A DNA stretch of 64,000 bases from Candidatus Yonathbacteria bacterium (GTDB lineage Bacteria > Patescibacteriota > Minisyncoccia > Phycocordibacterales > JACNGX01), in assembly GCA_013334825.1 (NCBI GenBank), contig JAAXWR010000003.1, positions 101,167 through 165,166 of the forward strand, read 5' to 3'. Of the stretch, positions 27,202-36,225 are shown in pieces. Numbering within the stretch: the first letter of the stretch is position 1; each line of letters begins with the position of its first letter. The notes below the pieces were generated by a model. That model did not search any database and had not been told where the DNA came from. It saw nothing but the letters and a program-made list of their open reading frames with translations. A program made the position numbers and the translations under genes.

Positions 27202-27965
27202 AGTTTCACGTGAAACGTATTTTATGTAGTGTGAGATGTTTCATATGAAACTAAATGCGGACACTACGTAGAAAATCGCGGAGTAAACGCGGAAGATCGC
27301 GGAACGAAACCAGAAAGTCGCAGGTCTTGCGCAAAAACTAGATGAAGTTCTGATTCTCAAGAGTGCAGCTATTCTTGGAACATAAAAACTATTGGAGATC
27401 GATTTTGTTTGCCAATGTTCAGTCTGTCATTCTGGCCTTGAAAAAGAATTCACAGAGAAATGTCCCTTTTCTAGATTCCGGGTCACCTACTTCGCTAAGC
27501 TCCGCAGGTTGTAAAGTCCGGAATGACAAGCTTGTTTCATCGTTTATCGTTCATGTGTTATTCTTACTTCGTGATCCTTGATTCTCTTTCGTCCCATAAT
27601 TCTTAATTCATTATTCATAATTCACGTCTCAGTTACACATGAAAACAACAAAACGTGCCTTTGGCGATATTGGCGAGGATCTCGCGGAAAAGTTTCTCAT
27701 GAAACACGGTTTTGAGGTTGTGGACCGAAACTATAACAAAAAATGGGGAGAATTGGATATTGTTGCACGTGAAACATTGAAAAAGGGCTTTAAATATAGA
27801 TTTATTGAAGTAAAAAGTGTTTCATGTGAAAACATCGAGATGATTTCACATGAAACACTGCAAAAAGACACGAGACCAGAAGAACAAGTTCATGTATGGA
27901 AACAAAAGCGTCTAGGAAAGGCGATACAAACATATATTGAAGAAAAAAAGATTTCACATGAAACA
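27202..27965. promoter_or_regulatory. Cluster of parS-like sites
   Basis: 16-mers resembling TGTTTCACGTGAAACA at 27202, 27237, 27631, 27761, 27818, 27842, 27950. Confidence 0.8.
27425..27528. repeat. GTCATTC..GAATGAC palindromic MITE/REP-like element
   Basis: Terminal inverted repeats TGTCATTC(T)GG / CCGGAATGACA. Confidence 0.7.
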
Positions 27966-28055
27966 CCGTGGCAGTTTGATATTGTTGCTGTTTTTATTGA
28001 TAAAACTAATAAAAAAGCGAAAATACGGTTTGTAGAGGGGGTAGTGTTAGGTTAG
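27639..28055 (+). CDS. yraN: YraN family (UPF0102) endonuclease-like protein
   Basis: GDIGEDLA, RNY..KWGELDIVA, FIEVK, QFDIVAV. Confidence 0.92.
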   Translation: MKTTKRAFGDIGEDLAEKFLMKHGFEVVDRNYNKKWGELDIVARETLKKGFKYRFIEVKSVSCENIEMISHETLQKDTRPEEQVHVWKQKRLGKAIQTYIEEKKISHETPWQFDIVAVFIDKTNKKAKIRFVEGVVLG

Positions 28056-28128
28056 AGCTTATAGGTGTTAGGTTATAGATACAGGTAGGGAGTAAGAGTG
28101 AATGATAAACCGAGGAGATTAAAAACGC

Positions 28129-28207
28129 TCTGTCATTCCGGGCTTGACCTGGAATCTATGGAGTGGTGCCTACTCTCTGGATTCTTGGTCAAACCCAGAA
28201 TGACAGA
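28129..28207. repeat. GTCATTC..GAATGAC palindromic MITE/REP-like element
   Basis: TCTGTCATTCCGGGCTTGACCTGGAATC..GATTCTTGGTCAAACCCAGAATGACAGA. Confidence 0.8.
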
Positions 28208-28446
28208 CCGAACATTGATAAACGAAACACTTTCTAATGGTTTTTATCTTCTGAGAATAGTTTTACTCTAGGAACTTTGTTTAGTTTCCGCATCAGTTCC
28301 GTGACTTTCCGCGTATATTCTGCATATCTTCCGTGTCTAGTCCGCACCGTGTCCGCGTGTGTTCCGCGTAGGTTTTATAAAGGACACTAAAGGACATCCA
28401 CAGGGTATTTGTCTTTTATAATGGACATGTGCTATAATGTACGGAA

Positions 28447-28519
28447 CGGGGCATAGTGTAACGGCTAACATGCCTGCTTTGGGAGCAGGTGACTCCCGGT
28501 TCGAATCCGGGTGCCCCGA
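28447..28519 (+). tRNA. tRNA-Pro(TGG)
   Basis: CGGGGCA acceptor, CCTGC-TTTGGGA-GCAGG anticodon arm, CCCGG-TTCGAAT-CCGGG T arm. Confidence 0.95.
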
Positions 28520-28910
28520 ACGCAGTGAGGAGTACTCGGATTCGAACCGAGGAGGGGGTCGGGGAACCTGCGGTTCCCCGTGTCGGAAGTCTGCGAAACC
28601 GAGGGTTTCGCAAGCGCAGGGAAGGTGAGCGCATCCCGCGAACCTTCCCGAGCAGTAAGGTTCCGGGTGCCCCGAAAGAGCGGAGCGATTTCTGGACACC
28701 CGGATTCGAACGCGAAGGGGGTCGGGGAAACTGTAGTTTTCCCGTGGAGGAGGCTTATGGAACCGTGGGTTCCATAAGCGCACCCAGCTCTACTTTCATG
28801 TATTACGCATATACACGTATAATTTTTTGCCAGTGTATACGGTTGTTATGTGTACGATTGCCCGTGATGAAAGTAGGGCTGGGGAGCAGTGAGTATTCCG
28901 GGTGCCCCGA
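28520..28910 (+). repeat. tRNA-3'-end-anchored hairpin/repeat array downstream of tRNA-Pro
   Basis: Inverted (..CGGATTCGAAC, twice) and direct (TCCGGGTGCCCCGA, twice) tRNA-end copies; 28712-28896 homologous to reverse complement of 21112-21296. Confidence 0.85.
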
Positions 28911-29052
28911 AAAAACATGTTAGGAAATGCCGAATTTTATATTGCTTTACGGAACGAGGATTATCTTCACCGCCACTCCATCAAAAAACAATTACGGAAT
29001 AACCGTTTTTGAATAAAGATACTATATTCTGAACATGTAATTTTTTTATCTT

Positions 29053-30246
29053 ATGTCTCCTGAATCACTTATCAGACCAACGTTCGATGACCCAGCGTAT
29101 ACTCCTTTGGAAAAAGCCGCTTCTTTATTTGAAGAACATCCTGAAGAGGAAAAAACATATGCTAACCCTTCTCAGTTTGAGAAAAGACAATGGCACGAAC
29201 TGAAAACTGCCGTGGAAATGATGGCACATGATGTGAATGGATACTTGAAAGAAAAAACAGGTTTAGAGAAACCTGTGATTGATGAGTATGGGCGTATTTC
29301 CCCCGATGCGTATGCGGGAACATTTAATTTTCCTCAGAAAAAGATTGACACGGACAATACATACGTAGCAGAAAAAGAAGAAGAGTTTATGTGGCAGGCA
29401 GCATCGCATAAAGCTGGGTCAGCAAGAGAGCCGGTATATAATGCAATGACGGAATCTGACAAAGAAAAAATCGCGTATTATTACGCGACGACATATGGTG
29501 TGTCTACAACAAAAGATATGCTTGATATGTGGAGAGAGGAACGTTCGCAGGGGCTTGCTGAAGGATGGGAGATGCTTTCCACAGCTCTTTTTCATAAAGC
29601 ATTTGGGGATCGAATGATTGTGGCACGTGCGTCGGCATTTGATGATATTGCAAACGGAGTTGATACTGTAATTATTGATAAGGAAAGTGGTGATATCATT
29701 TGCGCATTTGATGAATTGCATGAAGTACAAGGTGCTGTACTGTCAGAAAAACGGAGAGAAATGAAAAGAGTTGCCATGAAGCAAAAAAATAATACAGGTG
29801 GCGTAACTCTTTCATATGGGTTTAAAAAGACACAGGCAGGATTTACTCCCACATCTATGACGCACGTCCCTGTGCTATGTCTTTCTGTTGAGACAGAACC
29901 TTTGAAGCGTATCTTGTATGGATTTTCTGCGGAAGGGAATCTTTCTGATGAGGAGCGAGTGTTTGTGTCTGATATGCTGGAGCAACTTCTTGTTGAGGCA
30001 GAACATGCCGATGATGCACTTGTGGAAGAAGGAGAACGAAGACGCGAAAGACGAAATGTGGTTATTGAAGAACGGAAACGTTTACAGTCTGGATATGGAG
30101 AGCGTAATTTTGCAAAAGAACGCGCGCTTCTTGCAGAAGAGCACACGCTGACTATGCCGATTGACGAAGCTCCTGTTACACAACGCGTGCGAAGAACAAG
30201 ACATATATTACATGCACTACTCGAAGAATTGCATGCACGTGAGTAA
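29053..30246 (+). CDS. Hypothetical protein
   Basis: 397-aa ORF; acidic motif RASAFDDIANGVD..AFDE. Confidence 0.8.
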   Translation: MSPESLIRPTFDDPAYTPLEKAASLFEEHPEEEKTYANPSQFEKRQWHELKTAVEMMAHDVNGYLKEKTGLEKPVIDEYGRISPDAYAGTFNFPQKKIDTDNTYVAEKEEEFMWQAASHKAGSAREPVYNAMTESDKEKIAYYYATTYGVSTTKDMLDMWREERSQGLAEGWEMLSTALFHKAFGDRMIVARASAFDDIANGVDTVIIDKESGDIICAFDELHEVQGAVLSEKRREMKRVAMKQKNNTGGVTLSYGFKKTQAGFTPTSMTHVPVLCLSVETEPLKRILYGFSAEGNLSDEERVFVSDMLEQLLVEAEHADDALVEEGERRRERRNVVIEERKRLQSGYGERNFAKERALLAEEHTLTMPIDEAPVTQRVRRTRHILHALLEELHARE

Positions 30247-30310
30247 TCTATGTAGTTTCATATAAAAAACCGCACATATGTCGAATAGTGCGGTTTTTGT
30301 TTTTGCCTTA

Positions 30311-30526
30311 TTACATCTGCGAAGCAGAGTCTTTTTTTGTTGTCGCTGCGATAATCAAGTATATCGCGGCGATGCCGACAACAATATAGACAATACGCGA
30401 AACGGCAGACATATCTCCGAAGAGTGTGGCAACGAGATCAAACTCGAATGCGCCCACAAGTCCCCAATTGAGACCGCCAACGACCGTGAGGACGAGAGCG
30501 ACCCAATCAATGGAAGAAAACTTCAT
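30311..30526 (-). CDS. DUF378 membrane protein
   Basis: VVGGLNWGLVG..FDLVATLFG..SRIVYIVVG. Confidence 0.92.
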   Translation of the reverse strand: MKFSSIDWVALVLTVVGGLNWGLVGAFEFDLVATLFGDMSAVSRIVYIVVGIAAIYLIIAATTKKDSASQM

Positions 30527-30624
30527 AATGGAGTGTCTAAGAGAGATGGTGGATAAATTCGACCTTCTCTATGTAGTATATCGCGTTAAAAAATTACGAC
30601 CACTCTATCTGGGGATAATAATTA

Positions 30625-31767
30625 TTGTTGCATGCTTTTTGTGAGGGCTGTATGATGATACGTATGATTTCTTTTTCTTCTTTCGTGAGTACTTTTCATG
30701 CATTTTTTGATAAGCCACTTTGGGCACATGAATTTTTTGGTAATACATTAGGAGAATATGCATTCGCGTTTCTTTGGGGTGTTGTGTTTTGGGTGGTACT
30801 TGTGTTTTTGCATTGGACATTAGTGGGTATTGTGCGCTTCTTTTCGAGACGTACGAAGACTGTTGCGGATGAAGCGTTTGTGGGTGTCGCGGGGACACTT
30901 AATAAATGGTTTTATGCGTTTCTTGCACTATATGCCGCGGTCCATATACTTGATATTCCTGAAGCCCAGATGTCTTGGTTTAAAACCACATTGATTATTT
31001 GGACAGGGTATCAGGTTGTCCTCGGTTTTCTTGTTGTTGTTGATAAGATACTTGAAGCGTTTTTTGAAAAAAATATGGATGGTGATGAAGACGGAAAAGG
31101 GGAAAGCACCCGCACGTTTATTGGTATGATTGTTCGGGCTGTTGTATGGGTCGCTGCGTTTTTGTTTGTATTAGAACTTGTCGGAGTGAATGTTGGTGCC
31201 CTTGCCACCGGACTTGGAGTTGGAGGTGTCATTATTGCATTTGCACTTCAGAGTGTACTATCAGATTTGTTTAGCACATTTGTCATTCACGCAGAAAAAC
31301 CGTTTAAACCAGGAGATTTTATTGTTGTAGGTGAACATCGTGGCACCGTAAAGTCTATTGGGATTAAAACGACACGCATTCAAGCGCTCCAAGGTGAAGA
31401 AATTGTTATTTCTAATCAAGAAATGACATCGGCGCGCGTACAGAATTTTAAGATGATGGAGGAGCGACGGGTGCTCGCAACACTCGGTATTGTATACGAT
31501 ACCCCGATTGAAAAAGTTCGCGCCATTCCTGATATGATACGACATATTGTTGAAGAGCGTTCGGATGTACGTTTTGGGCGTGCGCACTTTCGTTCATTTG
31601 GAGATTCTGCGCTTGAGATAGAACTAGTATATTTTATTTTGTCGAATGATTATGATACCTATATGAATGCGCAACAGGCGATTAATTTTGCAATTATGGA
31701 AGCGTTTGCTCGTGAGCGTATTGAATTTGCGTTTCCGACGCAGATGGTGTATGTGAGGAAAGAGTAG
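30625..31767 (+). CDS. mscS: Small-conductance mechanosensitive channel (MscS family)
   Basis: GLGVGGVIIAFALQ, KPFKPGDFI..GTVKSIGIKTT, IEFAFPTQ. Confidence 0.93.
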   Translation: MLHAFCEGCMMIRMISFSSFVSTFHAFFDKPLWAHEFFGNTLGEYAFAFLWGVVFWVVLVFLHWTLVGIVRFFSRRTKTVADEAFVGVAGTLNKWFYAFLALYAAVHILDIPEAQMSWFKTTLIIWTGYQVVLGFLVVVDKILEAFFEKNMDGDEDGKGESTRTFIGMIVRAVVWVAAFLFVLELVGVNVGALATGLGVGGVIIAFALQSVLSDLFSTFVIHAEKPFKPGDFIVVGEHRGTVKSIGIKTTRIQALQGEEIVISNQEMTSARVQNFKMMEERRVLATLGIVYDTPIEKVRAIPDMIRHIVEERSDVRFGRAHFRSFGDSALEIELVYFILSNDYDTYMNAQQAINFAIMEAFARERIEFAFPTQMVYVRKE

Positions 31768-31970
31768 AGATAGTATAAAGATTCCAAATCATACATATCA
31801 AATCTTAAGCAAAAATAATCAAACTCCAATGTTTAAAATGAAATGAGAAATACTCTATGCGGGAGTAATCTCTGTGGCGAACATAAATTTTATGAATAAC
31901 ACACATAAGCGCGGGCGGGCTTTGAAAGCCCGCCCGCGCATGTTATTCCATATATGTTTACATATAACCA

Positions 31971-33182
31971 TCAGCGCAATTCCGCAAGAAGCATATCAAG
32001 AAGACGTTCCCATTCTGTTTCTGCGAAATATGTTGCTTGCGTCTCTGGGTCTGCAAGAAATTGCGAAAGGGTGAGTCCAGTATCCTGTATAAGTGTGCTG
32101 TTGATGTGTCCAAAAGTGATTGCGTTTAATTGACGATCGGCAGTGGTTGCTCCATCTGTACTTGTCGCAATAATACCAAGGAGTTTTCCTGTCACACGTT
32201 CAAATACGCCACCTCCTGAGGAACCGTGTTGTGATGCGATGCTTCCTTGTATGGAAATAAGATCAGCTGATCCAGTTTGGAATGTAAATGTTTCAAGAAG
32301 TGAAGAGGGTGCTGTAACAGGCCAGAGATCGCTTTGCACTGTTGCGCCACCAATGTATTCCGCGGGATAACTTGCAACGAGAACATCTGTGTTTGGGGCA
32401 TAGGATTCTCGTGTCGCGTAATTCACAAAAGGAAATGAAGAGGGAAGTGGCGTTGTTGTTTTTGAGGAGGTTATAAAAAGGAGGGCGATGTCGTGTTCTC
32501 CAGTGCCAGTTGGATTGTCTTCTACAATAGTAGCAGCATTTTCTTCAACCCATGATGACGAGACAAAAAGAGGTGTCGCGTCATACGTAATACGTGCTGG
32601 ACCCCCTGTCCGTATCACGCAGTCAATGAGTGAGCCGTGTTTGTAGTGTTCAAGTAGGAAATATTCCCCAATGTGTGCATTTGTAACAATGATGCCACGA
32701 GGATCAATAATCATACCGCTACCAGAAATGGGATTGAGCGCGCCACCTTGTGTGGTGATACACATGATATTGACCAGCGCTGCTCGCGCTGACGCATTGA
32801 GTTCTTCAGCAGAAATGGATGGTGTTTGTGGCGCAGGTTCTTCTGTGGGGAGAGAGGCACTTTGTTCTTGTGGTGCGGAGAGAGAGTTTTTGGGTGAAAA
32901 GAGTTCTTCTGCTGAGGAGAAAAGATTATCGAAAGAGAAAGAGGACGTTGTTGTTGTGGTGTCTGGTGTATAGGATGTTTCTTGCTCACTTTCTTCTTGT
33001 GTGACTGGTTCTGTTGTGAGTGATGCTTCTTGTTGTGGGGCAGGAAATGAAAGATGTTGTTCCGCGGGCATTACAGGAAGGATACCAAGAGTAACCAGAA
33101 ATTGCGTGCATATAAACACGAGCCCCATAAAAAGTGTTGCCAGTCCGTTGAAAAATAGTTCAAACATAAGCATAGTATACAA
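31971..33182 (-). CDS. Membrane-anchored trypsin-like (S1) serine protease
   Basis: GSG..IVTNAH, DIALL, HGSSGGGV. Confidence 0.88.
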   Translation of the reverse strand: MYTMLMFELFFNGLATLFMGLVFICTQFLVTLGILPVMPAEQHLSFPAPQQEASLTTEPVTQEESEQETSYTPDTTTTTSSFSFDNLFSSAEELFSPKNSLSAPQEQSASLPTEEPAPQTPSISAEELNASARAALVNIMCITTQGGALNPISGSGMIIDPRGIIVTNAHIGEYFLLEHYKHGSLIDCVIRTGGPARITYDATPLFVSSSWVEENAATIVEDNPTGTGEHDIALLFITSSKTTTPLPSSFPFVNYATRESYAPNTDVLVASYPAEYIGGATVQSDLWPVTAPSSLLETFTFQTGSADLISIQGSIASQHGSSGGGVFERVTGKLLGIIATSTDGATTADRQLNAITFGHINSTLIQDTGLTLSQFLADPETQATYFAETEWERLLDMLLAELR

Positions 33183-33426
33183 TGATACGCATACTTGCGG
33201 GACATATTTCGTGGATAGGTGTCATGACACCATGAGGTATTCTGGGACTTTTTATGAGCGCATGATATTGACAGTATGTGAATATGCTTGTGAGATATTG
33301 ACTTTTTTGATCTTTCGTGATATGATTCTCTTGTAGATGACACGCATATGAACGTCCTGTCATTTTCATTAAAGGTCGTTTTCGGGAATTTTCCCGACAA
33401 TTTTGGCAGTAATTTCAGGTCTAACT

Positions 33427-33594
33427 ATGAGTGATGACACAATGAATCCGCAGGCGGATGAAGTGCGCGTTGATGCCCCTGTCGCTCCGGCAGAAACACC
33501 GGAGGTTGTTTCGGAAGAAACTCCAGTACAGGAAGGTGGCGATGTTGCCCCTGCTTCGGATATCGAAACCCCTGCTGAAACTGCAACTGCGTAG
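33427..33594 (+). CDS. Small acidic hypothetical protein
   Basis: MSDDTMNP.. ORF followed by a terminator. Confidence 0.5.
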   Translation: MSDDTMNPQADEVRVDAPVAPAETPEVVSEETPVQEGGDVAPASDIETPAETATA

Positions 33595-33764
33595 TTTCCT
33601 CTCCAAAACCCGCCTCTGGCGGGTTTTGTGTTTTTTTGATAGGATAGGGAAGCGAGACGAGAAGTTAGAAATTAGGAATTAGAAATATGAAGAGAATATG
33701 TGATTTGGTCGTTGCGTAGTCCGTTCTACGAACTACGAACCATGAACTAAGAACTAGTAACAAC

Positions 33765-33835
33765 GCGGGTATAGTTTAGTGGTAGAACCTCTGCCTTCCA
33801 AGCAGATGACGGGAGTTCGATTCTCCCTACCCGCA
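33765..33835 (+). tRNA. tRNA-Gly(TCC)
   Basis: GCGGGTA acceptor, TCTGC-CTTCCAA-GCAGA anticodon arm. Confidence 0.95.
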
Positions 33836-34019
33836 CCCAGCCCTACTTTCATAAAAAACGCATGTACAGTACGTGCGTTTTTTATGTGATTATCAGATAT
33901 ATATTTTGGGGGTGTTTCATGAAAGTAGGGCTGGGTGCGGGTAGAGCGATGCAACTGCTTGCATCGCGCTTGCCTCGCCGAAACCTGTCTTTGAGACAGG
34001 TGAAGGCGGGTGGAGAATC
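33836..34019 (+). repeat. tRNA-anchored cassette, near-identical to 22835-23018
   Basis: CCCAGCCCTACTTTCAT..ATGAAAGTAGGGCTGGG followed by inverted tRNA end TGCGGGTAG. Confidence 0.9.
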
Positions 34020-34057
34020 AAATAAAAAACCGGCGCCCATAAGGGCGCCGTGACATT

Positions 34058-34318
34058 TCACTCCCAATACATCTTCATTTTCATTGCGGGGACACTTATT
34101 ATCGTACCCCACAAAAACACAACGAATCCCCCAAGTTCTCCATATGGAAAATCTTTTGCGTATCCAAACGCAAAGATAATCATAACGGAAACAAACGTAA
34201 TTCCTCCAACTATCCCAAGAAGGATAGTGGGGATGTTTTTTTCGCTCGAGCGTACCTTCCACACAGCAAGCGCGAGGGACATTGCCAAATATAGGCACAG
34301 GATGATTATTTTTAACAT
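34058..34318 (-). CDS. Small three-TM membrane protein
   Basis: AAGGAG SD, three hydrophobic segments. Confidence 0.7.
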   Translation of the reverse strand: MLKIIILCLYLAMSLALAVWKVRSSEKNIPTILLGIVGGITFVSVMIIFAFGYAKDFPYGELGGFVVFLWGTIISVPAMKMKMYWE

Positions 34319-34448
34319 AATATTCTCCTTGGGTGAATGGTTGAATTGAACTTTCTAAGAGTATAATAGCAGAAAATTGACATACTTGCGAAAAAGTTGT
34401 ACAAAATAGGTATATTTTCAACTAATAGTTGAAAAATGGTACAAAAAA

Positions 34449-35303
34449 ATGTATGATTGGAACATGCTTTCATTCTATAAAGGCATTGAAAACGATATTA
34501 TCAAACGTCTTGCGAATGGTCCTTTGTCTGCGAAGGCTCTGGTGAAAGAGATTGCACGAGAACGCAAGGTGACAGATCAGGGTGTATATAAAGCGCTTAA
34601 GTATCTCGTGGACGAAGAGGTAATCACGAAACAGAAACGGTCTGTTGGATTGTCACATGCTTGGGTGGAACGATTATCTGAATTCGCTGATGATGTTGTG
34701 CAGGCATATGAAGTGAGTGAAATGAACGACTTTCTCCATCTTGAAGACGGAGGAAAGGTTTCGTATACATTTACCGAATATATCAAAGCAGATGTACATT
34801 GGGCACATATCTTTTTTATGCTTGCGAAACGGACCGATGCGCCGATTTTCTTTCTTTCACCGCATGACTGGTTTATCGTCGCCCGTCCGGATACGGAATC
34901 GGTGCTCTACTCATGGGCAGAGCGTGCACAGAGACATATTTATACAATGATGAAACGTAATACCCCTTTGGATAAAGCGACAGAGAAACTTCTCAGTGGT
35001 GATTTTGTGCACCTATATTGTGATAGTGATGTGAATGCTCCCATGAATCACTTTACGACATCTATCGGTGATTTTATTTTTGATTTTATTATCCCTGAGC
35101 ATGTCGCGGATGAAATGGAGGAATTGTACCGGGCGCACACCGAAATCAATGAGGAAACAACAATAGCATTTCGGGCCCTTACCAATAAGAAGTGGCCGGT
35201 GCGTTTCACAGTGGAGCACAACGCAAAAAAATCCCTCAAATTCCGTCGTCGTCTCGCAAAAGACTTTTTTATCCCCGCGGACGTACGAGAGGGGTGGTTG
35301 TAG
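34449..35303 (+). CDS. Winged-HTH regulator, TrmB-like architecture
   Basis: LSAKALVKEI..TDQGVYKALKYLVDEEVI; upstream palindrome TTTTCAACTAATAGTTGAAAA. Confidence 0.7.
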   Translation: MYDWNMLSFYKGIENDIIKRLANGPLSAKALVKEIARERKVTDQGVYKALKYLVDEEVITKQKRSVGLSHAWVERLSEFADDVVQAYEVSEMNDFLHLEDGGKVSYTFTEYIKADVHWAHIFFMLAKRTDAPIFFLSPHDWFIVARPDTESVLYSWAERAQRHIYTMMKRNTPLDKATEKLLSGDFVHLYCDSDVNAPMNHFTTSIGDFIFDFIIPEHVADEMEELYRAHTEINEETTIAFRALTNKKWPVRFTVEHNAKKSLKFRRRLAKDFFIPADVREGWL

Positions 35304-35402
35304 TGTGACTTCTTTTGTTGCCTTGCATATTTGGGCTGTATATGCTTAAATAGCATGCATACGCGATAGGGACTCCCCGAGCACGCGTTACCTATCATAC
35401 CT

Positions 35403-35492
35403 ATGGGAACATCACTTAAAAACAAACGCAAAAGCGTGAAGCGTCGTCGTCGCAAGAAAATGCGTCGTGAGAATCGCTTTAAGAACAAATAA
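35403..35492 (+). CDS. bS22/mS38 (AURKAIP1/COX24)-like small basic ribosomal protein
   Basis: MGTSLKNKRKSVKRRRRKKMRRENRFKNK, immediately followed by a terminator hairpin; below ORF-track cutoff. Confidence 0.7.
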   Translation: MGTSLKNKRKSVKRRRRKKMRRENRFKNK

Positions 35493-35651
35493 CAAAAAGA
35501 GTCGCTTCATGCGACTCTTTTTGTTATTTGTTTAGGAATATGAAAAACGAAATATGAAATATGTGGAAGCAAAACTATCCAGAGATACTATTGAATACAG
35601 TATGATACATATTGGTATATGCCAGTAACCAGCGACCAGTTACTAGTGACT

Positions 35652-35712
35652 AACTTCACCCACTTACGAAAAAACTCCGCAATGCGGAGTTTTTTCGTAA
35701 GTGGGTGAAGTT
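35652..35712. terminator. Long perfect hairpin at the 3' end of hup
   Basis: AACTTCACCCACTTACGAAAAAACTCCGCA / TGCGGAGTTTTTTCGTAAGTGGGTGAAGTT. Confidence 0.7.
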
Positions 35713-35984
35713 TATTTGACTGCGTCCTTGAGCGCTTTTGCTGCGCGGAATTTCGGGACACGGACTGCGGCGACCTTTACGGTCTCTCCGGTGCGCGGGT
35801 TGCGCGCGGTGCGCGCTGCGCGCATTTTGGCGGAGAAGATACCGAGACCGGCAATCGATACTTCGTCACCCTTCTTCAAGGTGTTGACGATGGATTCGAT
35901 CATCGTGTCGACGGCTCGTTCTGCGTCGGCTTTGGTGCCGCCGAGTTTTTCATACACGGCGTCAACGATGGCTGCTTTGTTCAT
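35712..35984 (-). CDS. hup: DNA-binding protein HU
   Basis: MNKAAIVD..GLGIF..RAARTARNPRTGE..PKFRAAKALKDAV. Confidence 0.97.
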   Translation of the reverse strand: MNKAAIVDAVYEKLGGTKADAERAVDTMIESIVNTLKKGDEVSIAGLGIFSAKMRAARTARNPRTGETVKVAAVRVPKFRAAKALKDAVK

Positions 35985-36225
35985 AGTGGTGTGTGCGAAT
36001 ATATCGCACGATAGTCGTTGTCGGATAACATTCGACCTGCATGGCCCCCGAAACGGGTGTTATTGCCTCAAACCATTATAGAATAAGCCTTTTTACATGG
36101 ACAATCTTGACGTGTGGATAACGCGTGGTATGTTTTTTTGCGTATGATGTGTGATATGTGAAAAACTATGCGGAACGCCATCAGGCGCGCCGCATAGTTT
36201 CCTTAAAATATGTTGCTATATATGG

